A DNA stretch of 64,000 nt from an uncultured cyanobacterium (lineage in GTDB: Bacteria > Cyanobacteriota > Cyanobacteriia > Phormidesmidales > Phormidesmidaceae): contig CAWBZI010000001.1 in assembly GCA_963793265.1 (NCBI GenBank), forward strand, positions 1,760,001-1,824,000, given 5' to 3'. The stretch's first letter is position 1, and every line of letters begins with the position of its first letter. The position numbers were made by a program, and so were the translations under genes. This document shows positions 50,869 through 61,017 of this stretch, in pieces. Below the pieces are notes generated by a model. That model worked only from the letters and a program-made list of their open reading frames with translations, was not told the DNA's origin and ran no database searches.

Positions 50869-52065
50869 ATGAAACCCAAAGTTTGCCTGCTCACCGAAAG
50901 CTACTATCCCATCGTTGGCGGCGGCGAAACCCAAAGCCGCATCACCGCAGAAGACCTCGTAGCGCGCGGCTTTGAGGTCATGGTCGTGACGCGCCAGTCA
51001 AACAGTGAGCTAAAGGCTTACGAAGAAATTGGTGCTATTCGCGTGTATCGGCTGCCGCCACAGGGAAAGGGGCATCTAAAGCGATGGGCCATGATTAAAA
51101 ACGTGCTGCCGCTGCTGATCAAAAAGCGACATGAATTCGATGTTGTTCTTGTCTGCGGCTACCGGTCGCTCGGCATACCCGCCACCATTGTCAGTCAGCT
51201 CTGCCACAAAACCTGTATTCTCAAAGCAGATAACAATGGTGAAATGTCGGGAGCCTTTTTTGCAGGCGGTCTCGAAAAGTGGAATCTGAAGCCATCGTCC
51301 TGGCCAGTACGGCTTATTCTTTGGGGTAGAAATGGCCTGTTCAAAAGGGCAGATGCCTTTGTAAGCTTGTCGTTAGCCATCAGCCATGAGCTGAGTCAAG
51401 CGGGCATTCCCTCCCAAAAAGTTTGGACAATTCCTAACTCTGTTGATGTTGAGAAATTTCATCCCGTCAGCGCGCAGGTCAAAGCAGAACTTCGTCAGAA
51501 GCTAGGACTGCCTAAAGATGAAAAGATTGTCGTTTATACCGGCAGGCTGCTCACAACTAAAGGATTGCCTTTGTTGATAGAAGTTTGGAAATCCATCCAG
51601 CCGATGTACCCAAATGTGAAGCTACTCATCGTCGGCGGTGGATCGAAAGACATTCACGACTGTGAAGATTACTTACGCGACTTCGTAAAAAACAACGACC
51701 TTACTGATAGCGTGCTCCTCACAGGAGATGTTAGCAACGTAGATGAATATCTTAAGACTTCTGATATCTTCGTATTTCCGACTGACAATGAAGCATTCGG
51801 AATTTCGCTGATTGAGGCAATGGCCTGTGGTCTACCTGTGATCGCAACCCCAGATGGTGGACCTAAAGATATTATTACATCAGAAGAAAACGGCCTGTTT
51901 GCTGAATTCGGTAACTTTGAGCAGCTAAAACAAGCTATAGAAACGCTAATTGCTTCATCCTCAAAAGCGCGAACCCTTGGCGAAAACGCCTTAAAAACAG
52001 TCCAGGAACGCTACACGCGAACGGCAGTTGCCGAGCAGTATGTGGAGCTATTAACTCAAAAATAA
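50869..52065 (+). CDS. GT4 glycosyltransferase
   Basis: GGGE, IPNSVD, TGRL...KG, EAFGISLIEAMACG. Confidence 0.92.
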   Translation: MKPKVCLLTESYYPIVGGGETQSRITAEDLVARGFEVMVVTRQSNSELKAYEEIGAIRVYRLPPQGKGHLKRWAMIKNVLPLLIKKRHEFDVVLVCGYRSLGIPATIVSQLCHKTCILKADNNGEMSGAFFAGGLEKWNLKPSSWPVRLILWGRNGLFKRADAFVSLSLAISHELSQAGIPSQKVWTIPNSVDVEKFHPVSAQVKAELRQKLGLPKDEKIVVYTGRLLTTKGLPLLIEVWKSIQPMYPNVKLLIVGGGSKDIHDCEDYLRDFVKNNDLTDSVLLTGDVSNVDEYLKTSDIFVFPTDNEAFGISLIEAMACGLPVIATPDGGPKDIITSEENGLFAEFGNFEQLKQAIETLIASSSKARTLGENALKTVQERYTRTAVAEQYVELLTQK

Positions 52066-52531
52066 TCGCGGCAACCTGTCTTTGAGTTTGTACAAATTCG
52101 ATTAGTTTCGCAAAGCGTTAGTTTTCTAACGTTTAGACAAAATAAAGTGAACTTAATGAAGGAGTTATCAAGAATACGGAGGTTTATTGACGCCATTGAG
52201 TGCTTCTACGTATGTTAATCACGTGCATAGACATATCAAATAAATAGAAACTATTAGCTTGAGCAGCTTAACGCTTCAGGGGCGATAGTTTTACTTAAGG
52301 GTGTAGGCAAAAAGTTCCCAAGCAATATCGGACAAATCAATAGCATCGATAGATCTACCTGTCCGTAAAAATACTGACTTCTCACGGAATACGCCTTTTT
52401 GGTGGCGTATCTGGTTGGCAAGCCACAGAACTTTGACACACAAGAGTCAGCAACAAAACCGTCTTCCATAAACGATCCATGCGGCGGACATTCCTATAGC
52501 GCCTGCCTTCAAAAACCTTGAAACGAACGAT

Positions 52532-55500
52532 ATGTTTAATACTCCTAATACAGACAGTTCACTTAATGCTGGCTTCGCCTCCACCTCTGGATTTAGCGAA
52601 ACTGGCGATACTTCACTATTATTAGTCCCTAGCGCTAGCCCAACAAACCCCTCACCTGTTGGATCTAGCGGCAGACAGCTCACGTTTATCGACGCCCGCG
52701 TTGATGACTACCAGCAGCTAGCCGACAATATTATTGCTGGCGACGTTTTCTTACTTGATTCGGCGCGTGATGGTGTTGAACAAATCACCGAAACGCTTGC
52801 GCAGTACGACGATATCACTGGGTTACATCTCGTTTCCCACGGCAGTGATGGACTATTGCAGTTGGGCAACTCCATTCTTAACAGTGGCTCAATTGGCCAG
52901 TACGAACAATCTCTCAAAAGCTGGGACGACGCGCTCGCCTCAGAGGCCGATATTATGGTCTACGGCTGCGATGTAGCCGCAGGCGACACGGGCACCCACT
53001 TTGTTAAAGAGTTGGGGCGGTTGACGGGCGCAGATGTAGCCGCTTCAACAGATCTTACCGGAAGCGCTAATCAGCAGGGCGACTGGGATCTAGAATTTGC
53101 GACTGGCAGTATCGAGACTGATTTGGTGTTTAGTGGTGCGATCGCCTCATCCTACGAAGGCGTACTAGCTACCTACAACGAAGTGAGCACGCTACGCATC
53201 ATGCCACTAGGCGACTCTATCACCCGCACTGGCAACGCTGGATTTGATGGCTACCGCCGCGACCTCTGGAAGAAGCTGGTCGCGAATGGATACAACAAGC
53301 TAGATTTTGTCGGCGGCGGTGACTTTACCGGCCCCAACAACGACTACGACGTAAACCACGAAGGCCACGGCGGCTGGAGAGCCGATCAGATTGCGGACAA
53401 TGCAGTTCGCTACGCCCAGGATCACAACCCTGATGTCGTTTTGTTGCACATCGGGACTAACGATGCCAATCAAGGCCAGAGCGTGCAGAGTACGCTAGAC
53501 GACATTGGCCGGATTATCGATCGGCTGAGATCGGTCAATCCTAACGTCGCTGTGCTCCTAGCCAAAATCATTCCTAGCTCTTCAAATAGAAATGCCACCG
53601 AGGCTAGTGCGGTTGCCGCTCTCAGCGGCCAAATTTATAAAGTCGCACAGTCTAAAAACCAATCGGGCTCACCCGTCATCCTGGTCGATCAGTACAGCGG
53701 CTTCAACCCTGACGCAGACACCTACGATGGCCTCCACCCCAACAACAGCGGCCAGGCCAAAATGGCCGACAGATGGTATTCAGCCCTCGCCGGACTCTTC
53801 AGCAGCGGCCACCAGTACAACCGGCCCGGCTCTGATAACGGCGGTGGTAGCGGCGGCAATAATCCCACGCCAGGCGGCAACGGTAATGGACTCAAAGCCG
53901 AATACTACAACAACATAGACTTCACAAATCTAGCGCTCACTCGCACAGATTCCACAGTCAACTTCAACTGGGGTAAGGGTTCGCCCAATTCCAATATCGG
54001 CTCCGACACCTTCTCGGCTCGCTGGACAGGACAAGTAGAGCCTCGCTACAGCGAGAACTACACCTTCTACACCACCTCCGACGATGGCATCAGGCTTTGG
54101 GTTAACGGCCAGCTCGTCATCGATCGCTTCTACGACCAAGCGCCTACCGAGCACAGAGGCAACATCACGCTTACCGCTGGGCAAAAGTACGACATCCGTA
54201 TGGAGTACTACGAAAAGGGGGGCGGCGCAGCAGCGAAGCTTTCCTGGTCTAGCGCCTCTCAATCAAAAGAGATCATCCCTGAATCTCAGCTCTTCAGTAG
54301 CACCACCACAAATCCACCGACAGGTGGCGGTAACGGTGGCACCACGAATCCCCCAACTGGCGGCGGCACGTCAACTGGCGGCGGCGATGGCCTCACCGCT
54401 CAATACTTCGACAACTACGACTACACCAATCTTAAGGTTACGCGTATCGACCCCAACATCAACTTCGACTGGGGTGCGGGCTCTCCCGACTCTAGAGTTG
54501 GCGGCAACGGCTTCTCGGCTCGCTGGACTGGTCTTATCGAAGCCCAGTACTCCGAAACCTACACCTTCTACACCAGCATCGACGATGGCGTTCAGCTCTG
54601 GGTCAACGGGCAGCTTCTCGTTGACCACCTTGTCTCACCGTCTAGGGGCGAGTTCAGCGGCAGCATTGATCTAGTCGCCGGGCAAAAGTACGACATCCGC
54701 ATGGAGTACTTTGAAGACGGCGGCGATGCCCTCGCTCAGCTTTCATGGTCTAGCGCCTCACAGGCTAAGCAGATTGTGCCGCAGTCATACCTCTTCAGCA
54801 GCAGTAGCGCTGTCCCCACCCCGCCTACTTCCGGCGGCGGTGGCACGACAAATCCACCTACTTCGGGTGGCAACGGCGGCAACCCGACGCCAAGCGGCAA
54901 TGGCAACGGCCTCAAAGCTGAGTACTACAACAATATGGACTTCACGGATCTAGCGCTTACCCGCACAGATTCCACAGTCAACTTCAACTGGGGCAAAGGC
55001 TCACCCAATTCCAACATCGGCTCCGACACCTTCTCCGCTCGCTGGACAGGCCAAGTAGAACCTCGCTACAGCGAAATCTACACCTTCCACACCACTTCTG
55101 ACGACGGCATCAGGCTTTGGGTCAACGGTCAGCTCATCATCGATCGCTTCTACGATCAAGCGCCTACTGAGCATACGGGCACTATCATGCTTGCCGCTGG
55201 GCAAAAGTACGATATCCGCATGGACTACTACGAGAAAGGCGGCGGCGCAGCAGCCAAACTTGGCTGGTCTAGCGCCTCTCAGAGAAAAGAAATCATTCCT
55301 GAATCTCAACTCTTCAGCGCTAGCAGCGGCACCACTACGCCACCGACTGGTGGCGGCAGTGGCGGCACTACAAATCCACCAACGGGGGGCGGCACCAATC
55401 CATCCACTGGGGGCAATACGCCAACAGCCAGTAACGGCGATGGCCTCACCGCTCAATACTTCGACAACTACGACTACACCAATCTTAAGGTCACGCGTAT

Positions 55501-56398
55501 CGACCCCAACATCAACTTCGATTGGGGCGCAGGTTCGCCTGATTCTAGAGTTGGCGGCAACGGCTTCTCGGCTCGCTGGACTGGTCTTATCGAAGCTCAA
55601 TACTCCGAAACCTACACCTTCTACACCAGCATCGACGATGGCGTTCAGCTCTGGGTCAACGGACAGCTTCTGGTTGACCACCTCGTTTCGCCGTCTAGGG
55701 GCGAGTTCAGCGGCAGCATTGATCTAGTCGCTGGCCAAAAGTACGACATCCGCATGGAGTACTTTGAAGATGGTGGCGATGCCTTAGCTCAGCTCTCATG
55801 GTCTAGCGCCTCGCAGGCTAAGCAAATTGTGCCGCAGTCACAGCTCTTTAGCAGTGGCACCGCGAGCGCACCTAGCGGTGCCAGCACAGCGCCCCCAGTG
55901 TCAGCACCGCCAACAGCACCGCCAGCATCCGCTAGCAGCAACACGCCTCGCTCAACCAGTGGGACAACGGCCAGTAACGGCAACGGTCTGCTCGCTCAGT
56001 ACTTCGATAACTACGACTACACCAACCTCAAGGTGACACGTACCGATGCCAACATCAACTTCGACTGGGGTGCGGGCTCTCCCGACTCTAGAGTCGGCGG
56101 CAACGGCTTCTCGGCTCGCTGGACGGGGTTAGTTGAAGCCCAATACTCCGAAACTTACACCTTCTACACCAGCATTGACGACGGCGTTCAGCTCTGGGTC
56201 AACGGACAGCTTCTCGTTGATCACCTCGTTTCGCCGTCTAGGGGCGAGTTCAGCGGCAGCATTGATCTAGTCGCTGGCCAAAAGTACGACATCCGCATGG
56301 AGTACTTTGAAGACGGCGGCGATGCCTTAGCTCAGCTCTCATGGTCTAGCGCCTCGCAGGCTAAGCAAATCGTGCCGCAGTCACAGTTGTTTTCTTAG
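52532..56398 (+). CDS. DUF4347 + SGNH/GDSL hydrolase + five PA14 domains
   Basis: HLVSHG...YGCDVA...GADVAAS...GDWDLE; IMPLGDSIT, HEGHGG, IGTND, DGLHPN; five copies of FSARWTG...DDG..LWVNG. Confidence 0.92.
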   Translation: MFNTPNTDSSLNAGFASTSGFSETGDTSLLLVPSASPTNPSPVGSSGRQLTFIDARVDDYQQLADNIIAGDVFLLDSARDGVEQITETLAQYDDITGLHLVSHGSDGLLQLGNSILNSGSIGQYEQSLKSWDDALASEADIMVYGCDVAAGDTGTHFVKELGRLTGADVAASTDLTGSANQQGDWDLEFATGSIETDLVFSGAIASSYEGVLATYNEVSTLRIMPLGDSITRTGNAGFDGYRRDLWKKLVANGYNKLDFVGGGDFTGPNNDYDVNHEGHGGWRADQIADNAVRYAQDHNPDVVLLHIGTNDANQGQSVQSTLDDIGRIIDRLRSVNPNVAVLLAKIIPSSSNRNATEASAVAALSGQIYKVAQSKNQSGSPVILVDQYSGFNPDADTYDGLHPNNSGQAKMADRWYSALAGLFSSGHQYNRPGSDNGGGSGGNNPTPGGNGNGLKAEYYNNIDFTNLALTRTDSTVNFNWGKGSPNSNIGSDTFSARWTGQVEPRYSENYTFYTTSDDGIRLWVNGQLVIDRFYDQAPTEHRGNITLTAGQKYDIRMEYYEKGGGAAAKLSWSSASQSKEIIPESQLFSSTTTNPPTGGGNGGTTNPPTGGGTSTGGGDGLTAQYFDNYDYTNLKVTRIDPNINFDWGAGSPDSRVGGNGFSARWTGLIEAQYSETYTFYTSIDDGVQLWVNGQLLVDHLVSPSRGEFSGSIDLVAGQKYDIRMEYFEDGGDALAQLSWSSASQAKQIVPQSYLFSSSSAVPTPPTSGGGGTTNPPTSGGNGGNPTPSGNGNGLKAEYYNNMDFTDLALTRTDSTVNFNWGKGSPNSNIGSDTFSARWTGQVEPRYSEIYTFHTTSDDGIRLWVNGQLIIDRFYDQAPTEHTGTIMLAAGQKYDIRMDYYEKGGGAAAKLGWSSASQRKEIIPESQLFSASSGTTTPPTGGGSGGTTNPPTGGGTNPSTGGNTPTASNGDGLTAQYFDNYDYTNLKVTRIDPNINFDWGAGSPDSRVGGNGFSARWTGLIEAQYSETYTFYTSIDDGVQLWVNGQLLVDHLVSPSRGEFSGSIDLVAGQKYDIRMEYFEDGGDALAQLSWSSASQAKQIVPQSQLFSSGTASAPSGASTAPPVSAPPTAPPASASSNTPRSTSGTTASNGNGLLAQYFDNYDYTNLKVTRTDANINFDWGAGSPDSRVGGNGFSARWTGLVEAQYSETYTFYTSIDDGVQLWVNGQLLVDHLVSPSRGEFSGSIDLVAGQKYDIRMEYFEDGGDALAQLSWSSASQAKQIVPQSQLFS
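53888..56395 (+). repeat. Five ~410-bp PA14 coding repeats in order A-B-A-B-B
   Basis: A copies start 53888 and 54908; B copies start 54389, 55442, 55985; Gly/Thr/Pro linkers. Confidence 0.92.
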
Positions 56399-56478
56399 AA
56401 TAGGCTCTCAGAGAAGAGCACATAGTAGGCGTTAGAGATTAACGATCAAAAGCATACAAACAAAATAAAAGGAAGAAG

Positions 56479-56507
56479 AGGGTGTCAGCAATGCTGATGC
56501 CCTTTTT
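56479..56507 (+). terminator. Intrinsic terminator
   Basis: agggtgtcagca-a-tgctgatgccct followed by a T run. Confidence 0.75.
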
Positions 56508-56690
56508 CGTTAACTACTGAAGAAATCTGCCAAAGCGTAAATCTTTTATACAGACAGCCTATGCGAGCAAGCGCTTAAATTAAAAGCAGGTTAACTTTAG
56601 GTTATGAAACAGCTAGTGTTCGATACATACTGTTTTCACAGGGGCCAAGCTCAACGTGCAGAAGCTACCAGTTCTATCTTCTTTAAAGCA

Positions 56691-57401
56691 ATGTCAATTT
56701 CAATACACCCGAAAGCTATTCTCAAGGCTTTGTTCTTATTCACACTTGGCCTTACTTTACTGAATCTCATAGGCGTTGTAGCTAAGTCGCTAGGCCATGG
56801 TTCTCTGCTGGGTTTTGTTCAGATGTTTGACTTCAACTTGGAGCGTAATGTCCCAACGCTCTATTCTTCTACCAATCTGATGTTCAGCGCGCTACTACTG
56901 ATGTTTGTAGCAGCAAAGCATAAAGCGATAAAACTTCCTTGGGTACCGTGGGTGGGGCTATCAGCTGTCTTTTGTCTACTGTCAATAGATGAGTTTTTTG
57001 AACTCCACGAGCGTACGGCGGCTCCTGTTCAACAGCTATTAAACATCTCGAAAGATTTTTACTACGTATGGTCAATACCCTATCTTTTATTCATAGGTGT
57101 GCTCTTCCTACTCTATTTCAAACTCCTGATGAGACTGCCTGAGAGAACGCGTTTCTTATTTATTTTGGCAGGTATTCTTTTTATCTCAGGTGCTGTTGGC
57201 TTTGAGGCCATTGGCAACTTTCAATCAGAGATAGTTCAGAGTAGAGAAACGCTCGCCTATCGATTGTTTGTAACCTGTGAAGAATTTCTCGAAATGTTGA
57301 GCATTGTTATCTTCATTTATTCTTTGTTTGACTATATCGTAGTCAAGTTTGGTTCTATTGTCGTACAGGTAGATAGTGACACGCCTACCCATCGTGCTTA
57401 G
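56691..57401 (+). CDS. Hypothetical multi-pass membrane protein
   Basis: ERNVPTLYS, SIDE...HE, GAVGFE, EEFLEM; start uncertain. Confidence 0.75.
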   Translation: MSISIHPKAILKALFLFTLGLTLLNLIGVVAKSLGHGSLLGFVQMFDFNLERNVPTLYSSTNLMFSALLLMFVAAKHKAIKLPWVPWVGLSAVFCLLSIDEFFELHERTAAPVQQLLNISKDFYYVWSIPYLLFIGVLFLLYFKLLMRLPERTRFLFILAGILFISGAVGFEAIGNFQSEIVQSRETLAYRLFVTCEEFLEMLSIVIFIYSLFDYIVVKFGSIVVQVDSDTPTHRA

Positions 57402-57484
57402 CTGTGCTTAGCGACACCGCTAGTGATGCTATCATTTCCAGGGTTTAGTTCTACGCCTTGTCGGTCGGGTCGAATGCCGTGGAT

Positions 57485-59190
57485 ATGTTGCAGACAAGTT
57501 TTAACGATGACGAAAAGTTGCCTCTATCAGCAGCTAAAGCAAGAGAGCATCAGTATAGAAAAGCAAACAAACGCTACATTTTATTCACCGTAATACTCTC
57601 GCTCGCTGTGATCGCGGCACATACATTTCGACTGGCAGAAGTACCGGCTGGGCTGTATATGGATGAGTCGTCTATTGGGCTCAATGCGGCCTTAATTGCG
57701 CAGCAGGGCGTAGATGAATATGGAGATCGCTTTCCTACGTACTTCAAAGCGTTTGGCGAGTATAAAAACCCTACCTATATCTATGCCAGTGCGCTTCTTT
57801 TTAAGCTTTTTGGTATCTCGGTTTTCAATTTAAGACTCACGAGCTGTCTCTTCTTTCTAACGGGTTTATTTTTCACGCTGCTGCTCACATCTAAGCTGTT
57901 TTCAAAAAACAGAATCATTCAGCTATACACGCTGCTTTCCCTCGGGTTCTTACCGGTTTTTTTCGTACTCTCAAGAGTATCCTTTGAAGCGATTTCTCAG
58001 CTTACGTGGGTAGCTGCAATCAATCTATCAGTATGGTTGACTTTTTATGAGAAGGGCAAAGAAGGCACCCTTGATAGTGATCGCAGCGATCGAACACCCA
58101 TAGAAACAACTACCTCAAAGCCACCGCTTGCGGGCTTTTGCTGGGCACATCTATCTACACATATTCCACGGCTCGGCTGCTATCAGGTCTGATGCTGATT
58201 TCGCTGTGGGCTATCTACTTCGACCGAAACAATCTTAAAAAGCTAGGTTTAATCACCGCAGCATTCACTGTCTCCTTAGGTCCCTATCTCTATTTCGTTC
58301 GCTTTCACCGAGGGGCCACCACGGGAAGATTCAAGATCATTTCATATATTGACGATCCGATATCTACGCCTCGAAAGATCCTTATATTCATCCAAAACTT
58401 CTTTGAATACTGGTCGCCAGATTTTTTGCTGTTCAGCGGCGATGCTAATCTACGGCATTCGATTGGCTATGGCGGGATTATCTTTGGGACAACGCTGCTT
58501 TTGTTCTTAGTCGCGATCGCCTACTTCATCCTCCACAAAAGAACCACAGGCCCATCCACCCTCACCCGCTTCACCCTTTTCCTCATCCTCAATTTACTCG
58601 CCTCTCCAGTCGCCGCCTCGCTCACCTCAGAAAGCGTCCCCCACTCTCTACGAAGCCTGCTACTGGGCTACTACATTCTGCTAATTTCCTGCTACGGGCT
58701 CGCCTTCCTGCTAAAGATCAAAGACCATCGCCTCAAAAAAGGACTCCTGATAGGTCTTTCTAGCTTACTGATCTTTGAGGTTATCGCTTCTCAGATTTAC
58801 TATTTCGGAGCCTATCCTGCAAACAGCGTAGCGGCGATGGAAAGCTTTGACTTTCAAACTTCATTACAAACCGCGATCGCCCAAGATCCAGACGAAATCA
58901 TCTTCGTTAACCAGCCCACCGCCGCCTACGCCAATCTAGAGTTCTACGAATTCTTGGTAGACAACCCTCAAAATATCCCAATAACAGCAACGCCCGGCCC
59001 TGAGCTAACCGCTGACAACACCTGCATTTTGTATCCCACCGAAATTGAACCCACCCTTAATGCAAGCCTAGACGCCCCGTTCAAAACGTTCGAGCACACG
59101 AAGCCACTGACAGCCATAGAGAGAACAGTGCGAGGCATGGAGCCAGTCAAGTCTTTTATTAAAGTTAGATGCTATGAGAAGTCTGCCTAG
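57485..59190 (+). pseudogene. GT-C fold (ArnT/PMT-like) glycosyltransferase, frameshifted near 58092
   Basis: PAGLYMDE, GVDEYG, GEYKNP in first frame; TYSTAR, FSGDANLRH in second frame. Confidence 0.8.
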
Positions 59191-59205
59191 AAGCGACTGA
59201 CGGTT

Positions 59206-60612
59206 TCAAGCGTCCGCTGCGCGCTTGAGGAAATGCTGAGGACGGATCAGAAGCGCGATCGCTCCTATTCCCAAAAGAACGATTCCCCCCGACCAAGCAG
59301 GCATCAAACCATTCAAGATTAGCGACGGCATTGCGGTCATTATGAGTCCAATTACAGCGATCGCAGAAACCGTCCAGCCCATACGTCGGTAGCCCATCTT
59401 AATCAATACCTGCAAGCACACCAAAGTCAGCCCCGCCTCACTCATCAGCGTCGCCACCGCCGCTCCAGGAGCCCCCATCGCCGGAATCAAAACCAGATTC
59501 GCCGCCACGTTTAGCAAAACCGCACCCACCAACAAAGGCGGTAGGTAGCGATCCTGCTTAGTCGCAATAATGATATATCGCGCCAGCTCACCAAAAACAA
59601 TCACCGCAACGCTTGGCAGCAGAATCGCTAGCGACTTCACAGCCAGCGCGTACTCTTCGCCATAAAGCACGCCCACAATTGGCACCTGCAAACAGCCCGC
59701 GACAAAAACAACCGGTAAAATTCCAAGCGTTAGGAGTAGCGTCGTTTGGTACACCTGCCGGGCCATCTGGCCTTTGTCACCAACAAACGACCGACTTAAC
59801 CGAGTGAAAGACACATAGAAAACGACCCGAGACAGTGCGCCAAAGATCTCCATAATGCGATACGAAGCACTGTACAGGCCCGCCTCGCCATCAGGCGCAA
59901 TCCCCTTAAGCATCAGCACATCAGCCTGATAAAAAACAACCCACAAAACGCCAGAGAGCGCTAGAGGAAGCGCCATCTTAAAAGCGCTCACTGAACGACT
60001 GATATTCAACGGCGACCATAGGCTAAATCGCTTGCTCAAGTAGCGCAAAAGGGCCAAAAGATGAACAATGCGAGTCGCGGCAAACGTCAGAATCACCCAG
60101 AATAAGCTGTGCGTCAGCAGCATAACGCTTACCGCACAAGCAACAACAAAAAACCGTTCTAAAGCAACAGCAATTGTCTCAGTCCTAAACTGTTCTAATC
60201 CCTTCAGCAGCCCTCGCAGCGTCATCACAACGCTACGACTTACTTCAGCAAAAGCCACTAAGTAGAAGATAATGACATCTGATCCCTCAATACCCAACAA
60301 GCGGGTAATCGGAAATAGAATAATTAAAACAAATAGAGCACCGACCCCTTCAACTGCTAAAAAATCAGTCGTTGAACGTAACCCTTTCTCACGATCTAGG
60401 GCAACTTCGCGGTTCAATAAGTCAGGAAAGCCAAGGCTGATAGCCAGAGAAAGAATAGAGCCTAAAGCAGCAGCGCTCGCAAATATTTCATACTGCTCTA
60501 GCCCTAGAACTCTGGCAAGCAATAAGTAAAATAGCAGCGTTAGCGCTAAGGTTGCTTCGCCCAAAAACGCATACAAGTATGAAAAATCTATGATGCTAAA
60601 AAGCTTTTTCAC
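59206..60612 (-). CDS. Wzx-like flippase
   Basis: ARVLGLEQY, DVLML, AGLYSASYR, NLVLIP..GAAVAT; 12-14 TM segments. Confidence 0.88.
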   Translation of the reverse strand: MKKLFSIIDFSYLYAFLGEATLALTLLFYLLLARVLGLEQYEIFASAAALGSILSLAISLGFPDLLNREVALDREKGLRSTTDFLAVEGVGALFVLIILFPITRLLGIEGSDVIIFYLVAFAEVSRSVVMTLRGLLKGLEQFRTETIAVALERFFVVACAVSVMLLTHSLFWVILTFAATRIVHLLALLRYLSKRFSLWSPLNISRSVSAFKMALPLALSGVLWVVFYQADVLMLKGIAPDGEAGLYSASYRIMEIFGALSRVVFYVSFTRLSRSFVGDKGQMARQVYQTTLLLTLGILPVVFVAGCLQVPIVGVLYGEEYALAVKSLAILLPSVAVIVFGELARYIIIATKQDRYLPPLLVGAVLLNVAANLVLIPAMGAPGAAVATLMSEAGLTLVCLQVLIKMGYRRMGWTVSAIAVIGLIMTAMPSLILNGLMPAWSGGIVLLGIGAIALLIRPQHFLKRAADA

Positions 60613-61017
60613 GGAGACACCCTTTATTTATAGAGATACTGCATCTATGGAGACACTTCGGTGCGATCACGCGCAGCATCCACACCTATCCTCTCAGCAC
60701 GTGGTCTTACGTAAATATGGCTCATCAAGCCGTAAAAAGTAGGGAATTGCCGCAAAGAGAGTAACAGATCGAATAAAGAGTCAATAAAGTTATCTGGAAA
60801 CTAAGCGGAATTACGAGTATCTACCACTACTATCAGAAGCACAGTAAGCTTTCCGAGCAAACCTCTTGGTTGCCCCTACTTGGTTGCCCCCAAGCCCCGC
60901 TACTGAACACCATTTCAATAGCAGCTCAGGCAGCTTGTTTTGCTAGTCACATCCCCCCTGTTTGGCGCACATAATCTACTAAAGCAATCCCCTAATAAAA
61001 CTGTAGGAATCTAGATC

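Noticed and set aside
53888..56395. PA14 repeats as a diversity-generating retroelement TR/VR pair
   Set aside because: Differences are mostly synonymous and not adenine-specific; all copies are in frame; no reverse transcriptase in the window
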